Of a DNA stretch of 64,000 nucleotides, positions 39,083-48,752 are shown piece after piece (position 1 is the first letter of the stretch; every line of letters starts with the position of its first letter). Source of the DNA: a candidate division WS6 bacterium GW2011_GWF2_39_15 (lineage in GTDB: Bacteria; Patescibacteriota; Dojkabacteria; SC72); NCBI GenBank assembly GCA_000993565.1, contig LBWK01000001.1, positions 300,208 to 364,207 on the forward strand, read 5' to 3'. Below the pieces are notes generated by a model, which searched no databases, was not told the DNA's origin, and saw nothing but the letters and a program-made list of their open reading frames with translations. The position numbers and the translations under genes were made by a program.

Positions 39083-39898
39083 TTAAGAATAATAAATTCC
39101 CAAAATAAACGTAAGGACTAATAGAAACACGTATTGGATCAGATCAAAGTTCCTAACCATATTACGCTGTTTCTTGGTTATGTACTCTAGAGAGATGAAC
39201 CCCCCTACTGTTGGCCCCAAAGCTATAACCTCGTGCCTTTGTGAAACAATCGCCAGTGCTATCACAGAGGTAGAAAGGAAAAGTAACGTTAGAGCGGTAT
39301 ATCCCCCTATCCTCTCCCAGCTTATGTCCATATGCCTTAAGTGGAAAAAGATAAGACCCGTGTAAGTAAGCAACAGAATAGCCATGGTAATAAAGATATT
39401 AAAATTGGCATCCATTATCCCAACAGTTATAAAGAAGGTGCATATAAGAGTTCCAATAAATGAAACCGTTCTTGCCGCCTGAACGAGGGGAATTTCTTTC
39501 TTGATTGTTGAAACGTTAAATATATTAGCCATCAAAAATGACATATATATACCGCCAAACAGAATTGCCAAGATACCAATGAGAATAAGAACTTCATAAA
39601 CCCTACCCACCCTTCTGAAGAAGAAGAGCTCAAGAAAGATCATTTCTGCAAAAATAAAAAGACTCGTCTGCGGAACAATGTATAGAAGAGTGTGTAGCGT
39701 AACCTGGAACCTAAGTGCCCATATTAATCCAATATATGAAAAGATAAAGTACCCTACTCCTCTCAAAATAATCGTGACAGGATTAACAATAACAGATTGC
39801 TGTGTGATTTTAAAAAATAATATGGAGAGTGAGATAACTAATGCAAGAGTCAAGATTCTACCTTTTTTTACATTGTCTATGTTTCCCTGTATTTCCAT
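39083..39898 (-). CDS. polytopic membrane protein, unknown function
   Basis: About 8 hydrophobic helices. Confidence 0.4.
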   Translation of the reverse strand: MEIQGNIDNVKKGRILTLALVISLSILFFKITQQSVIVNPVTIILRGVGYFIFSYIGLIWALRFQVTLHTLLYIVPQTSLFIFAEMIFLELFFFRRVGRVYEVLILIGILAILFGGIYMSFLMANIFNVSTIKKEIPLVQAARTVSFIGTLICTFFITVGIMDANFNIFITMAILLLTYTGLIFFHLRHMDISWERIGGYTALTLLFLSTSVIALAIVSQRHEVIALGPTVGGFISLEYITKKQRNMVRNFDLIQYVFLLVLTFILGIYYS

Positions 39899-39901
39899 GT
39901 T

Positions 39902-40960
39902 TTATATTATAGACGTTAATCCTAGAATCTCAATTGCATGACGCATACCCTTCTCAGTCAATACCCGCCCGCGCGATGTTCTTTGTAACAACCCGCATTT
40001 CATTAAAAACGGCTCGTAAACAGACTCAACAGTATTAAGATCTTCAGATACAGCCGCTGCTAATGTGGAAAGTCCGACTGGACCACCGCCATAGTTATTA
40101 TAAATGGATGCAAGTATCTTTCTATCTATTTCTTCCAGACCCAGATCATCTATACCAAGCAATTCTAGGCCTCTTATAGCCGTTTCTCTGTCAATGAAAG
40201 ACTTAAGTATTTCAGATTCGGCAAAATCCCGAACTCTTTTCAACAGCCTCAAGGCAACTCTCGCTGTACCTCTAGACCTTTTTGCCACCTCTGTTAATGC
40301 ATCACTGTCATATGCAATATCCCAAAGCACTGCAGCACGTTTAAGAATTAGGACCAGGTCTTCTTCACCGAAGTAATCAAGTCTTTGAATCAATCCGAAC
40401 CTGTCTCTCATGGGTGAACTGATCTTTCCAATCTGTGTTGTCGCTCCAATTAGTGTAAAGGGCTCCAGTGTTAAGCGGATTGTTTTAGCCGATGGGCCCT
40501 TACCCATCACAATATCAATAGCCCTGTCTTCCATGGCGGGATAAAGAATCTCTTCAACAACCCTTGGTATTCGATGTATCTCATCTATAAACAAGATATC
40601 GTTGGCTTTAAGATTTGTAAGTATAGCAGCCAAATCCCCCTGCCTTTCAATAGCCGGACCAGAGGTTATTCTCAAAGAGGAGTTGATCTCATTAGCAAGG
40701 GCAATAGCAAAAGTCGTCTTGCCAAGCCCCGGAGGTCCGTAAAAAAGGATATGATCAAGGACCTCTCCCCTCCTCTTGGTTGAACTTATCATCATTCTAA
40801 GTTTCTTCTTCTCAGAATCTCTTCCAACAATTTCATCAATTGTTGACGGTCTGATTGACTGCTCTATTACAGTGGCGACACCACTTGATTCTATTGGTTT
40901 GACCCTCTTCTTTTTACTTATCCCGCTCTTCACCGAAGAGATATGGCTTGATTCTATCAC
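39902..40960 (-). CDS. ruvB: Holliday junction branch migration ATPase RuvB
   Basis: Walker A GPPGLGKTT, Walker B ILFIDEIHR and the C-terminal winged-helix LQRTSRGRVLT. Confidence 0.9.
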   Translation of the reverse strand: MIESSHISSVKSGISKKKRVKPIESSGVATVIEQSIRPSTIDEIVGRDSEKKKLRMMISSTKRRGEVLDHILFYGPPGLGKTTFAIALANEINSSLRITSGPAIERQGDLAAILTNLKANDILFIDEIHRIPRVVEEILYPAMEDRAIDIVMGKGPSAKTIRLTLEPFTLIGATTQIGKISSPMRDRFGLIQRLDYFGEEDLVLILKRAAVLWDIAYDSDALTEVAKRSRGTARVALRLLKRVRDFAESEILKSFIDRETAIRGLELLGIDDLGLEEIDRKILASIYNNYGGGPVGLSTLAAAVSEDLNTVESVYEPFLMKCGLLQRTSRGRVLTEKGMRHAIEILGLTSII

Positions 40961-41556
40961 TCAGACTTTAATACCAATTTAAGAACTTCCTCAATTGAAT
41001 ACTCTTTTCCTTCCATAAGTTTCTGAGCACTTCGCAAGTATTCCTTTAATGGCTCCCCGCTAAAACCTAAGGATCGAAGAGCATTATTCAAATCATGCAT
41101 CACTTCATCTTTCTGTCCTGAAGTGACTTCACCTGCGATTATTCCCATATCGTCAATCTTATTTTTAAGCTCTATTACAATCTTCTGAGCACTTTTCTGA
41201 CCAAGGCCAGGGACTTTGCTCAGTGTTTTGAAATCTTCAGAAAGCAAAACCATATATAGCTGGGAAGGGGTGAACACGGACAGAATTGATATTCCGCTCT
41301 TCGGCCCGATACCGGAAACTGAGATTAACATCTCAAAAAGATCTCTTTCTTCTAACGTTTTGAAACCATAAAGGGTTTGACTGTCTTCACGCACCACCAT
41401 CAGAGTGTGAAATATTGCCTCTTGACCTACAACAAACCGAAGAAGCTTGGAAGTAACAACCCTGTAACCTATTCCATTACCCAAAAGTACATCCACTTCT
41501 TGATATCTATCTTCTGATTTAATGTGCAGAATCTTGCCTTGTAAATACGAAATCAT
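40957..41556 (-). CDS. ruvA: Holliday junction DNA-binding protein RuvA
   Basis: Position between ruvC and ruvB (4-nt overlap); SGIGPKSGISIL and PGLGQKSAQKIVIEL helix-hairpin-helix motifs. Confidence 0.8.
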   Translation of the reverse strand: MISYLQGKILHIKSEDRYQEVDVLLGNGIGYRVVTSKLLRFVVGQEAIFHTLMVVREDSQTLYGFKTLEERDLFEMLISVSGIGPKSGISILSVFTPSQLYMVLLSEDFKTLSKVPGLGQKSAQKIVIELKNKIDDMGIIAGEVTSGQKDEVMHDLNNALRSLGFSGEPLKEYLRSAQKLMEGKEYSIEEVLKLVLKSE

Positions 41557-41573
41557 ATAGTTAAGTATAAAGG

Positions 41574-42062
41574 TTATTTCCCTAATATTCTATCCATTTT
41601 CGCGGAATAATGACAGCATACTGCAGCGGCGATTGCATCTGCTGCATCATCTGGTTTAGGTATGGTTTCGAGGTTTAGCAGCAGTTTAACATTTTCCTGA
41701 ACCTGCCTTTTATCCGCCCTACCGTTTCCCGTTATAGCACGCTTAATTTGGGGGGGTGTATATTGATGTATAGGTAACCCATTCTGCTCAAGGACAAGCA
41801 TACATACCCCTCTCGCCTCACCTACTGCCATAGCGGTTTTTACGTTATTACTGAACAAAAGGATTTCTACAGATGCTAATTCAGGTTTAAACTTTTTGAT
41901 AATATTATGAAGGTCTTCATATATCTCCCCTAACCTCATGCTATTGCGCAAGCCTGCTTTGGTTGATATAACGCCGTAATCGATAGCTTTAAGGTCAGTA
42001 TCTGCATCAATAATAGCCCATCCGGTTGTAGCAAGTCCGGGATCAATACCTAAAATAAGCAT
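41574..42062 (-). CDS. ruvC: crossover junction endodeoxyribonuclease RuvC
   Basis: MLILGIDPGLATTGWAII; 162 aa; synteny. Confidence 0.85.
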   Translation of the reverse strand: MLILGIDPGLATTGWAIIDADTDLKAIDYGVISTKAGLRNSMRLGEIYEDLHNIIKKFKPELASVEILLFSNNVKTAMAVGEARGVCMLVLEQNGLPIHQYTPPQIKRAITGNGRADKRQVQENVKLLLNLETIPKPDDAADAIAAAVCCHYSAKMDRILGK

Positions 42063-42090
42063 ATAAATGAATAAAAGATTAGATCACCCT

Positions 42091-42864
42091 TTACTCCTGA
42101 TCTAGGTCTGTCCAAATTTCTTGAACATCGTCATAATCCTCAAGAGTTTCAATAGCTCCATTTAACTTTTCCAACTCGGCTTCCCCTATCTTCTTGGTCA
42201 TCTTAGGAACTTTAACTAGCTGAGCTTTGAGTACAACGTATCCCATTTTAAGAATTGCATCTCTAACTTTAGCAAGATTCTTGAACTCACAGTATATATC
42301 AAGAGTACGATCTTCGCTTATATCAATATCCTCAATGCCCTCAACATCCATAAACAGCATCATTACCTCTTCAATATTCTCTTCTACGAAATAATCGGGC
42401 TCTCCGAACTTTTCTGATTTAACCATCTTTCCAGGTTTTACGTTTATATACCCTTTAGTATCAAAGTTCCAAGAGACTGAACCGGCTTCTCCGAGATTTC
42501 CTCCGAAGTCCTCAAACATATTTCTCAGTTCTGATACAACTCTATTGGTATTATCAGTAAGAACATCAACAATAATGGCAATTCCTCCCGGGCCGAAACC
42601 CTCGTAGGAGGCCTCTGTGAGCTGGACACCGTCACTGCTGCCAGCACCTTTATCTATTGCTTTTTGTATATTATCCGTTGGGAAACCTTCTTCTTTAGCC
42701 TGTGCCACAAGAAGACGTAAAGAGGGATTCATATTAATATCTCCCCCGCCCTGCCTTGCGGCATGAGTTATAAGCTGAGACAGTTTAGAGAATACTTTCC
42801 CTTTCTTAGCATCGTTTATTGCCTTCTTGTGTTTAATTGTAGACCATTTACTGTGACCTGACAT
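42091..42864 (-). CDS. YebC/PmpR-family DNA-binding transcriptional regulator
   Basis: MSGHSKWSTIKHKKA is the family N-terminus; the likely start is the internal Met rather than the ORF-track start at 42915. Confidence 0.85.
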   Translation of the reverse strand: MSGHSKWSTIKHKKAINDAKKGKVFSKLSQLITHAARQGGGDINMNPSLRLLVAQAKEEGFPTDNIQKAIDKGAGSSDGVQLTEASYEGFGPGGIAIIVDVLTDNTNRVVSELRNMFEDFGGNLGEAGSVSWNFDTKGYINVKPGKMVKSEKFGEPDYFVEENIEEVMMLFMDVEGIEDIDISEDRTLDIYCEFKNLAKVRDAILKMGYVVLKAQLVKVPKMTKKIGEAELEKLNGAIETLEDYDDVQEIWTDLDQE

Positions 42865-43058
42865 CAATAGTATTGTAACACAAGAACATAAAAACTGATA
42901 AGCCTTAGAATACAAACCTCTTATAGTTACCTACGCAGGTCTAATATTTAAATAAAATTTCCAAATGGTTACAAATAGCTCAAACTTATATTTTTCCTAT
43001 CTTCTTTCTCTGCTGTTTTCCTCTAAAATATAGATATCTAACTTAATCGCCAACAATA

Positions 43059-43577
43059 ATGAAAAGGAAGAAAGAGACTACACTTGAGACTCTTGATAGG
43101 AAACTGGACGAGATCTCGGAGAGATTAAAAGACCATGACAGCAGGTTTATATCTATAGACAAAAGGTTTGATAGTGTAGACAATCAATTCATCAGCATAG
43201 CTAAAAAATTTGATAGTATCGACAATCAATTTATCAGCATAGATAAAAGGCTTGACAGTTTCGATAAACAATTCGCTAACATAGACAAAAGGTTTAATAT
43301 AGTGAATAAAAGATTTGATTTAGTAAACGGAAAACTTATAAAAATAGCTCGGGAGCAAACCTCAAACTCCATGTCTCTGTTCTCATTGGGCGACAAGATT
43401 AATAATCTTGAAAGTCTTTACGAAACAGTTAATGATAAACTTGATACATCAATGATTATCTCAAATAAGCTTTTCGCTGAATATTCACAGAAGATTGAAG
43501 TACTGGATTATAAAGTCAATGAAATAAGTCTAAAACTTGCTGACAAGGAGACTAATCAAAAGTACAAGAAAAAATAG
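43059..43577 (+). CDS. small coiled-coil protein built from ~9 near-perfect heptads (hDxxFxS)
   Basis: IDKRFDS/VDNQFIS/IAKKFDS/IDNQFIS/IDKRLDS/FDKQFAN/IDKRFNI/VNKRFDL, i.e. 21-nt tandem repeats at about 43150-43340. Confidence 0.45.
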   Translation: MKRKKETTLETLDRKLDEISERLKDHDSRFISIDKRFDSVDNQFISIAKKFDSIDNQFISIDKRLDSFDKQFANIDKRFNIVNKRFDLVNGKLIKIAREQTSNSMSLFSLGDKINNLESLYETVNDKLDTSMIISNKLFAEYSQKIEVLDYKVNEISLKLADKETNQKYKKK

Positions 43578-43581
43578 ACCT

Positions 43582-46104
43582 CTACTCTTGATCCATATTA
43601 TTCTGAGCCGGAATCACTACAGGTGAACCTATTTCCCCTGCTTTTACAACACTTGGCATCTCCACGTTTGAAGATACTGTCTCTGTTCTTTTTCCATTAT
43701 TTACATTCATTAATGCCCTATTCCCTTTATCACTATACTTCTGTTCACTCCATCTTCTAATCTTGTCTTCTATAACTTCCTGGTCTGCACTATACCTCTC
43801 TCTAGAGTTTTGTATAATCTTCTCTTTATTCCCAAATTTCTCATATCTAAGATCTAGAGATTTGGCGCTGAAAGGTTTTGAAGTCATCCCATCAATACAA
43901 AGCTTCACATAAAGAGAGTGGGATTCAAGAGAGACAAGGTCCTCTGCAGAAAATATTGGAGCAAACTCATTAGAGAGAATCGATGCATCTCCCTGGCTAA
44001 CTACAAATGAAGCCAGTGTTCCCACATTACCAAAAATAGCCTGCCTTACAGTTAAAGGTATCTGATCTATATACTGGTTGGTCATGGTGAGATTAAGTTT
44101 GAACTTTCTGGCTTCTGAAAGAATTTTTGCAAAAGAATCTGTTGCAAAGTTCTGAAACTCATCAACATAGAGATAGAAGTCTCTTCTTTGTGCCATAGGG
44201 ATATCAACTCTCTCCATTGCCGTAGATTGGAGCCTTGTAATTAACATCCCGCCAAGCAGAGCCGAACTTTCCTCTCCGATCTTGCCTTGAGCCAAGTTAA
44301 CTAACAATATTTTGCCCTCATCCATAACATTTCTCAAATTAAAGGAGGACTTCACCTGCCCGACTATATTTCTAATTACAGCAGAAGATATAAACCGGCC
44401 AACCTTGTTCTGAATAGGTGCAACTGCCTCCGAAACCAGCTTAGAGTTCTGCGACATCTGTGCAAACTCCTCCTCCCAGAACTTATATAAGATGGGATCT
44501 TTCACCTGTTTAAGAATAAACTTGCGGTAGTTTCGATCATTAAGAAGCCGCATAACCGAGAGAATTGTTGTTCCCTGAGCTTCAAGAGCAGTTGAAATGG
44601 TGTTAGTAAGGATGTATTGAAGACGTGGCCCCCAAGACTCAAACTGCTTTTTGAAAACTTCCACAACACCATCCGCAACCAGATCCCGCTGTGACGAGTC
44701 ATTCATCTCCAAAAGGTTGAAAGCAATTGGGTGCTTCACGTCTGCAGGGTCAAAATATATGACATCGTTCACTCTTTCAGGGGGAATGAAATCGAGAAGC
44801 TCATCAACCGTCTCACCGTGAGGGTCTATAAAACACGCTCCGTTACCGGCAATCACATCTGAAATGAACATATTCTTGAATACCGTTGATTTACCTACCC
44901 CCGTTTTACCCAATAAATAGACGTGGCGTCTTCTATCGTCCTTCTTAACTCCAAAGGATATTTTCTGCCCCCGATAGTCAGTCTCAGCAAAGGCATTAAC
45001 GTCAGGCTCCCCGGCAAGAGGCAGATCCATTGGAGGTTCAGCTTTCCTTGCCCTGCTCCACAAAATATTCGGCGTCTCCACAGAAATATTTGGCAGATGA
45101 AAAACAGAGGCAAGTTCTTCAATATTCAGAATATCTTCAGGTGTAGAAACCAATTTTCTCTTCAGGAAATCGCCGTATATTGATTGGGCACTCTGGTTAG
45201 GTGCCGAATGGACAAAGCTATTCAGGTGAGCAGTTGTAAACTGCTTGAAACTAGCAACAAGATCTCTAAGTATCTGCTCAGATCTTGGCTGATCGGGAGA
45301 TTTTGTAACAACCCTAATACTCACTTCAAACCCAAGTTTAAGCATTTTGGTTTCAATCTGAGTGAGCTCTTCCTGCTGGCCTGGCGCCAGCTTTACAACC
45401 TCTTTACCTCCACCTTTCTCTGTAGATGTCTGAAGGGATTTCGAGATATCCTTAACCATCTTCATAAGGAGTTCCCCAATACTGTTAATAGAGCTCTTCC
45501 CCTCCTTAATCTCCGTAATATATTTCTTTGAAGCCTCCTGCCAATAATTAGCTATTGGTCTCATGTTGAACTGCACCCAAGCTTCCTCTCCAAGCTTTAG
45601 GCCTGAAATGGCACTTGTAATAGCGGCCAGAGGATCAACTTCAAAGTTCCGAAATGTTTTAATCGGGAATATATAACTCTTATCAAGTTCTACAATTCCG
45701 GTACTCACAAAAACCTGTGATTCTCCACGAGTCGCAGTGTAGTCCTGAACATGCTTAATTTCAGCATTTGGATACTGTGCATAGATCTGTCCCTGAACAA
45801 ACTCGGCAAGATGCGCAGGGATAACGGCATAGAAACGTATCCCATTTTCACCTGAAGACACTATTTCAAACGAAATTAGATCCAACGACTTCTTGGAATC
45901 TCTTAGAATTCCATGCAATGATGCAAACATCTGTTCCGCTGCTAGAGGCGTTTTATCATTCTCTCTAGGCACAAGAATTTGTAAAACCTGAGGATTTCTC
46001 ACCTCTTCAAACACAACAACACTCTTAGGCTTCTGTGCAAAGGTGAAAACAAACAGCACAAAAAATACTGATAGAATGAGTAATATTAGTATTGTCCCTG
46101 TCAT
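43582..46104 (-). CDS. membrane-anchored VirB4/TraC/HerA-like (DUF87/AAA_10-type) P-loop ATPase
   Basis: N-terminal TM helix; Walker A YLLGKTGVGKST followed by CFIDPHGE (the D-P-x-G-E motif typical of HerA/VirB4/TraG ATPases); Walker B YLYVDEFQNF; 840 aa. Confidence 0.6.
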   Translation of the reverse strand: MTGTILILLILSVFFVLFVFTFAQKPKSVVVFEEVRNPQVLQILVPRENDKTPLAAEQMFASLHGILRDSKKSLDLISFEIVSSGENGIRFYAVIPAHLAEFVQGQIYAQYPNAEIKHVQDYTATRGESQVFVSTGIVELDKSYIFPIKTFRNFEVDPLAAITSAISGLKLGEEAWVQFNMRPIANYWQEASKKYITEIKEGKSSINSIGELLMKMVKDISKSLQTSTEKGGGKEVVKLAPGQQEELTQIETKMLKLGFEVSIRVVTKSPDQPRSEQILRDLVASFKQFTTAHLNSFVHSAPNQSAQSIYGDFLKRKLVSTPEDILNIEELASVFHLPNISVETPNILWSRARKAEPPMDLPLAGEPDVNAFAETDYRGQKISFGVKKDDRRRHVYLLGKTGVGKSTVFKNMFISDVIAGNGACFIDPHGETVDELLDFIPPERVNDVIYFDPADVKHPIAFNLLEMNDSSQRDLVADGVVEVFKKQFESWGPRLQYILTNTISTALEAQGTTILSVMRLLNDRNYRKFILKQVKDPILYKFWEEEFAQMSQNSKLVSEAVAPIQNKVGRFISSAVIRNIVGQVKSSFNLRNVMDEGKILLVNLAQGKIGEESSALLGGMLITRLQSTAMERVDIPMAQRRDFYLYVDEFQNFATDSFAKILSEARKFKLNLTMTNQYIDQIPLTVRQAIFGNVGTLASFVVSQGDASILSNEFAPIFSAEDLVSLESHSLYVKLCIDGMTSKPFSAKSLDLRYEKFGNKEKIIQNSRERYSADQEVIEDKIRRWSEQKYSDKGNRALMNVNNGKRTETVSSNVEMPSVVKAGEIGSPVVIPAQNNMDQE

Positions 46105-46142
46105 AGTATTACGATTTTAAACAAAAGAGCTCTCGAGAACAA

Positions 46143-47384
46143 TCATCTCCATCTAAGCTCACTTTCTTTATCTTCACCAAGTATAACAATTATATCACCA
46201 GTTGTAATGAAATCAGGTCTTCCATTAATTATTTCACACTTTCCACAGACCAGGTCTTCCACACTATTAAAAGAGTTTAAAAACTTCTTTTTATCCGAAA
46301 TATATATGGTAGTTTTAGGGAGATTATTCGGTGCATTATCATACCTGACTACTTTCACTCCATAGTTTTGCACCTTTCGTGCATATCTTCCCGCAAGTCC
46401 TGAAACCCCGCTACCATTGTAAACCTCTACTCTTGCCTGCTCTTTCTCTACCAGTCTCGTCCTTATAATGTTAAAGTTCTCTTCAATTTTCCGATCGAAT
46501 TCAGGATAGTTAATAACACTAATGTTTCTACCGTTACTGTCTATGCGTGAGACATACGCCCATTTTTGACTCAAATCTATCATTTTAATCCCACCTGCAT
46601 CAAGCTGCGAGTATCCTCTGTGCAATAGCTTTATAAGGGCTATAGATGTGAGATTGGAATCGACACCGGAAATAAACTTATTCCATACCTCAGATTTAAC
46701 AGCAAGAGTAACTAAGTTGAACCTGCTGTAAAAAGAGTTAATTCCCATACTAGCAGCTGATACATCACGAGATGGATTAAACTTCTCTTTAAAATCATAT
46801 TCACTATACTCGCTAATATCTCCAAACATAGTTGCATACAAACTTAGAGACTTTTCATCCAGCCATATATAGTTCTCAACCGTAAAGCCAGTCATATTTT
46901 CAATCTGCCACACTACATACTCAACAGTACGATTAGGGTTGACCAATTTTGCTGCGTATTCCAAATCCGCAACCTGAATGTGGGCGTTGAAAAGCTGGTT
47001 AGGATCCTCAACATAAACCCCGGGAGGTATATAAATTACTAATGTAGAACCGGTGTTTTCGTTATTAACGATTAACCAACCTCCTGCAAGTCTATTATCA
47101 ACAGGAGACTTAAAGATCACCAATGTAGATGATAAGTCTTTCCGCTCTTTAATGAGATTCAGACGCGATTTGCAGACACTACAGTGAGAATCAGCCGTAA
47201 GAAGATTATTAGCTACCGTAAACGAGCTGTAGACCCCCAGAGTGAGTACTAAGATAATAAGTACCCATCTAATCCATCTAAGTGGGCTTATCTTCCTTTC
47301 ATTTTTTCTAGATTTTAAAAATCCGGAGTTTTGTCTACCACGCTCTATTCTCTTCATATGATACCTCCATCTTACTACAAACAA
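46143..47384 (-). CDS. LytR-CpsA-Psr (LCP) family protein with LytR_C domain
   Basis: N-terminal TM anchor; C-terminal VEVYNGSGVSGLAGRYARKVQNYGVKVV is characteristic of LytR_C. Confidence 0.55.
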   Translation of the reverse strand: MFVVRWRYHMKRIERGRQNSGFLKSRKNERKISPLRWIRWVLIILVLTLGVYSSFTVANNLLTADSHCSVCKSRLNLIKERKDLSSTLVIFKSPVDNRLAGGWLIVNNENTGSTLVIYIPPGVYVEDPNQLFNAHIQVADLEYAAKLVNPNRTVEYVVWQIENMTGFTVENYIWLDEKSLSLYATMFGDISEYSEYDFKEKFNPSRDVSAASMGINSFYSRFNLVTLAVKSEVWNKFISGVDSNLTSIALIKLLHRGYSQLDAGGIKMIDLSQKWAYVSRIDSNGRNISVINYPEFDRKIEENFNIIRTRLVEKEQARVEVYNGSGVSGLAGRYARKVQNYGVKVVRYDNAPNNLPKTTIYISDKKKFLNSFNSVEDLVCGKCEIINGRPDFITTGDIIVILGEDKESELRWR

Positions 47385-47765
47385 GGATAACTCAGTAGTC
47401 CCAATATCCTATCTTTTTGTCGGCCAAAGCACATCCCATAATATACAAGTTACCTGAATTAACACCAATTAACTTCCTACTAAGCCAAAGCCTCCCTCCA
47501 CTCCCCTGTTACACATAGGATACGCAAAAGCGACATAAGCGTGGATATATTCAGCAACCTCGGAATATCTTATCCATTTAAATCTGGGGATGGGTAGCTA
47601 CACTGAAACTCACCAAACGTTAACAATGCTAACGTTCAATTAATTTGTACACCACAACTAACCTTACTACTAAGGTTTCCTCCTATTTGGAATAGTACCC
47701 TGAAAATTAAAGCGATGTGAAAAACTATTTGTATAAAGGAGAAATATAATATCCGATAAATATAA

Positions 47766-48752
47766 TTATACTGTCCAAACACGAAACCCTAGTTGCGGAA
47801 GATTAAGTCCGAGTAGAACCTCCTCCAATTCAAGTTCGTTATGATTTTGCCCGCTGGAAGCTCCGTACATTGTGTCACCAACTATAACAAGATTAAGACT
47901 CTTGAGAGTGGCCCGGATCTGGTGCATCCTGCCCGTCTCTATTTTTATAAGAATTGTTCCATCTGATAAGGGTTTTATATACGTGAGCGAGTATTTATAT
48001 CCGCCGCGGGGAGAGCTGATTAGTTTCATTCTACGTCTATTTCCTACATCCCTCCCTATATATCCTTCCACTTTAATCCATTCTTCTGTGGCACCGTATG
48101 AATTCAACTTAAAACTTTCCATAGCCTCAGAATATGACTCCTTACTCCTCATTAGCTCCATGCCCGACTTCATCGGTTCGACTTTCGCTCTATACACCTT
48201 AACAACGTTGTGAGCCTCAAACTGCTTTACCAAATATACCTGCATACTTCGGGTCTTAGCAATTATCATTAGTCCTGAAACACCTTTATCAAAACGATGA
48301 ACAACACCAGCTCTATCAACCGACTTATCATACTCCCCTTTTCTTTCCAGATATCCTTTAATCGAATTGGCAAGAGTACCCTCCCAATTCCCTACTCCAG
48401 GATGAACAACAACTCCTTTAGGCTTATGTATGACGAGCCAATCATCTGCCTCTTCAATTATATTTAGTGGGACATGCTCCGGTACTATATAGTTCTTCTG
48501 AAGAATACTTTGGTCAATCATCTCCGTTATTACACGAGGATCAAATGTTACTTCGTCACCGATATTTAATCTTTTTCCTTTCTTAACCCTATCTCCGTTC
48601 ACCTGTACGCACTCAACAACAGCTTTGGAAAGAAAAGACCGGGAGAGCATATCTAAGTATTTATTCTCGACAAGCTTTGGAAGATGTTCAAGCAGATAGA
48701 GATCTACTCTCTTACCTTTATCTGTGACGTCTATAAGCTCTCTATACTGCAT
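47766..48752 (-). CDS. rluD: RluA-family 23S rRNA pseudouridine synthase (RluD-like, S4 domain + catalytic domain)
   Basis: HRFDKGVSGLMIIAKT (the HRLD..TSG catalytic Asp motif) and an N-terminal S4-like region. Confidence 0.8.
   Translation of the reverse strand: MQYRELIDVTDKGKRVDLYLLEHLPKLVENKYLDMLSRSFLSKAVVECVQVNGDRVKKGKRLNIGDEVTFDPRVITEMIDQSILQKNYIVPEHVPLNIIEEADDWLVIHKPKGVVVHPGVGNWEGTLANSIKGYLERKGEYDKSVDRAGVVHRFDKGVSGLMIIAKTRSMQVYLVKQFEAHNVVKVYRAKVEPMKSGMELMRSKESYSEAMESFKLNSYGATEEWIKVEGYIGRDVGNRRRMKLISSPRGGYKYSLTYIKPLSDGTILIKIETGRMHQIRATLKSLNLVIVGDTMYGASSGQNHNELELEEVLLGLNLPQLGFRVWTV

Noticed and set aside
47385-47765. tmRNA / RNase P RNA / SRP RNA in the 380-bp spacer upstream of rluD
   Set aside because: None of the universally conserved motifs were found by eye (RNase P 'AGGAAAGTCCGGGCTCC'-like P4 region, the tmRNA tRNA-like 3' end with resume codon, the SRP 'GGTGCTGTTTACCAGGTCAGGTCCGGAAGG'). 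This cannot be excluded without a covariance-model scan.
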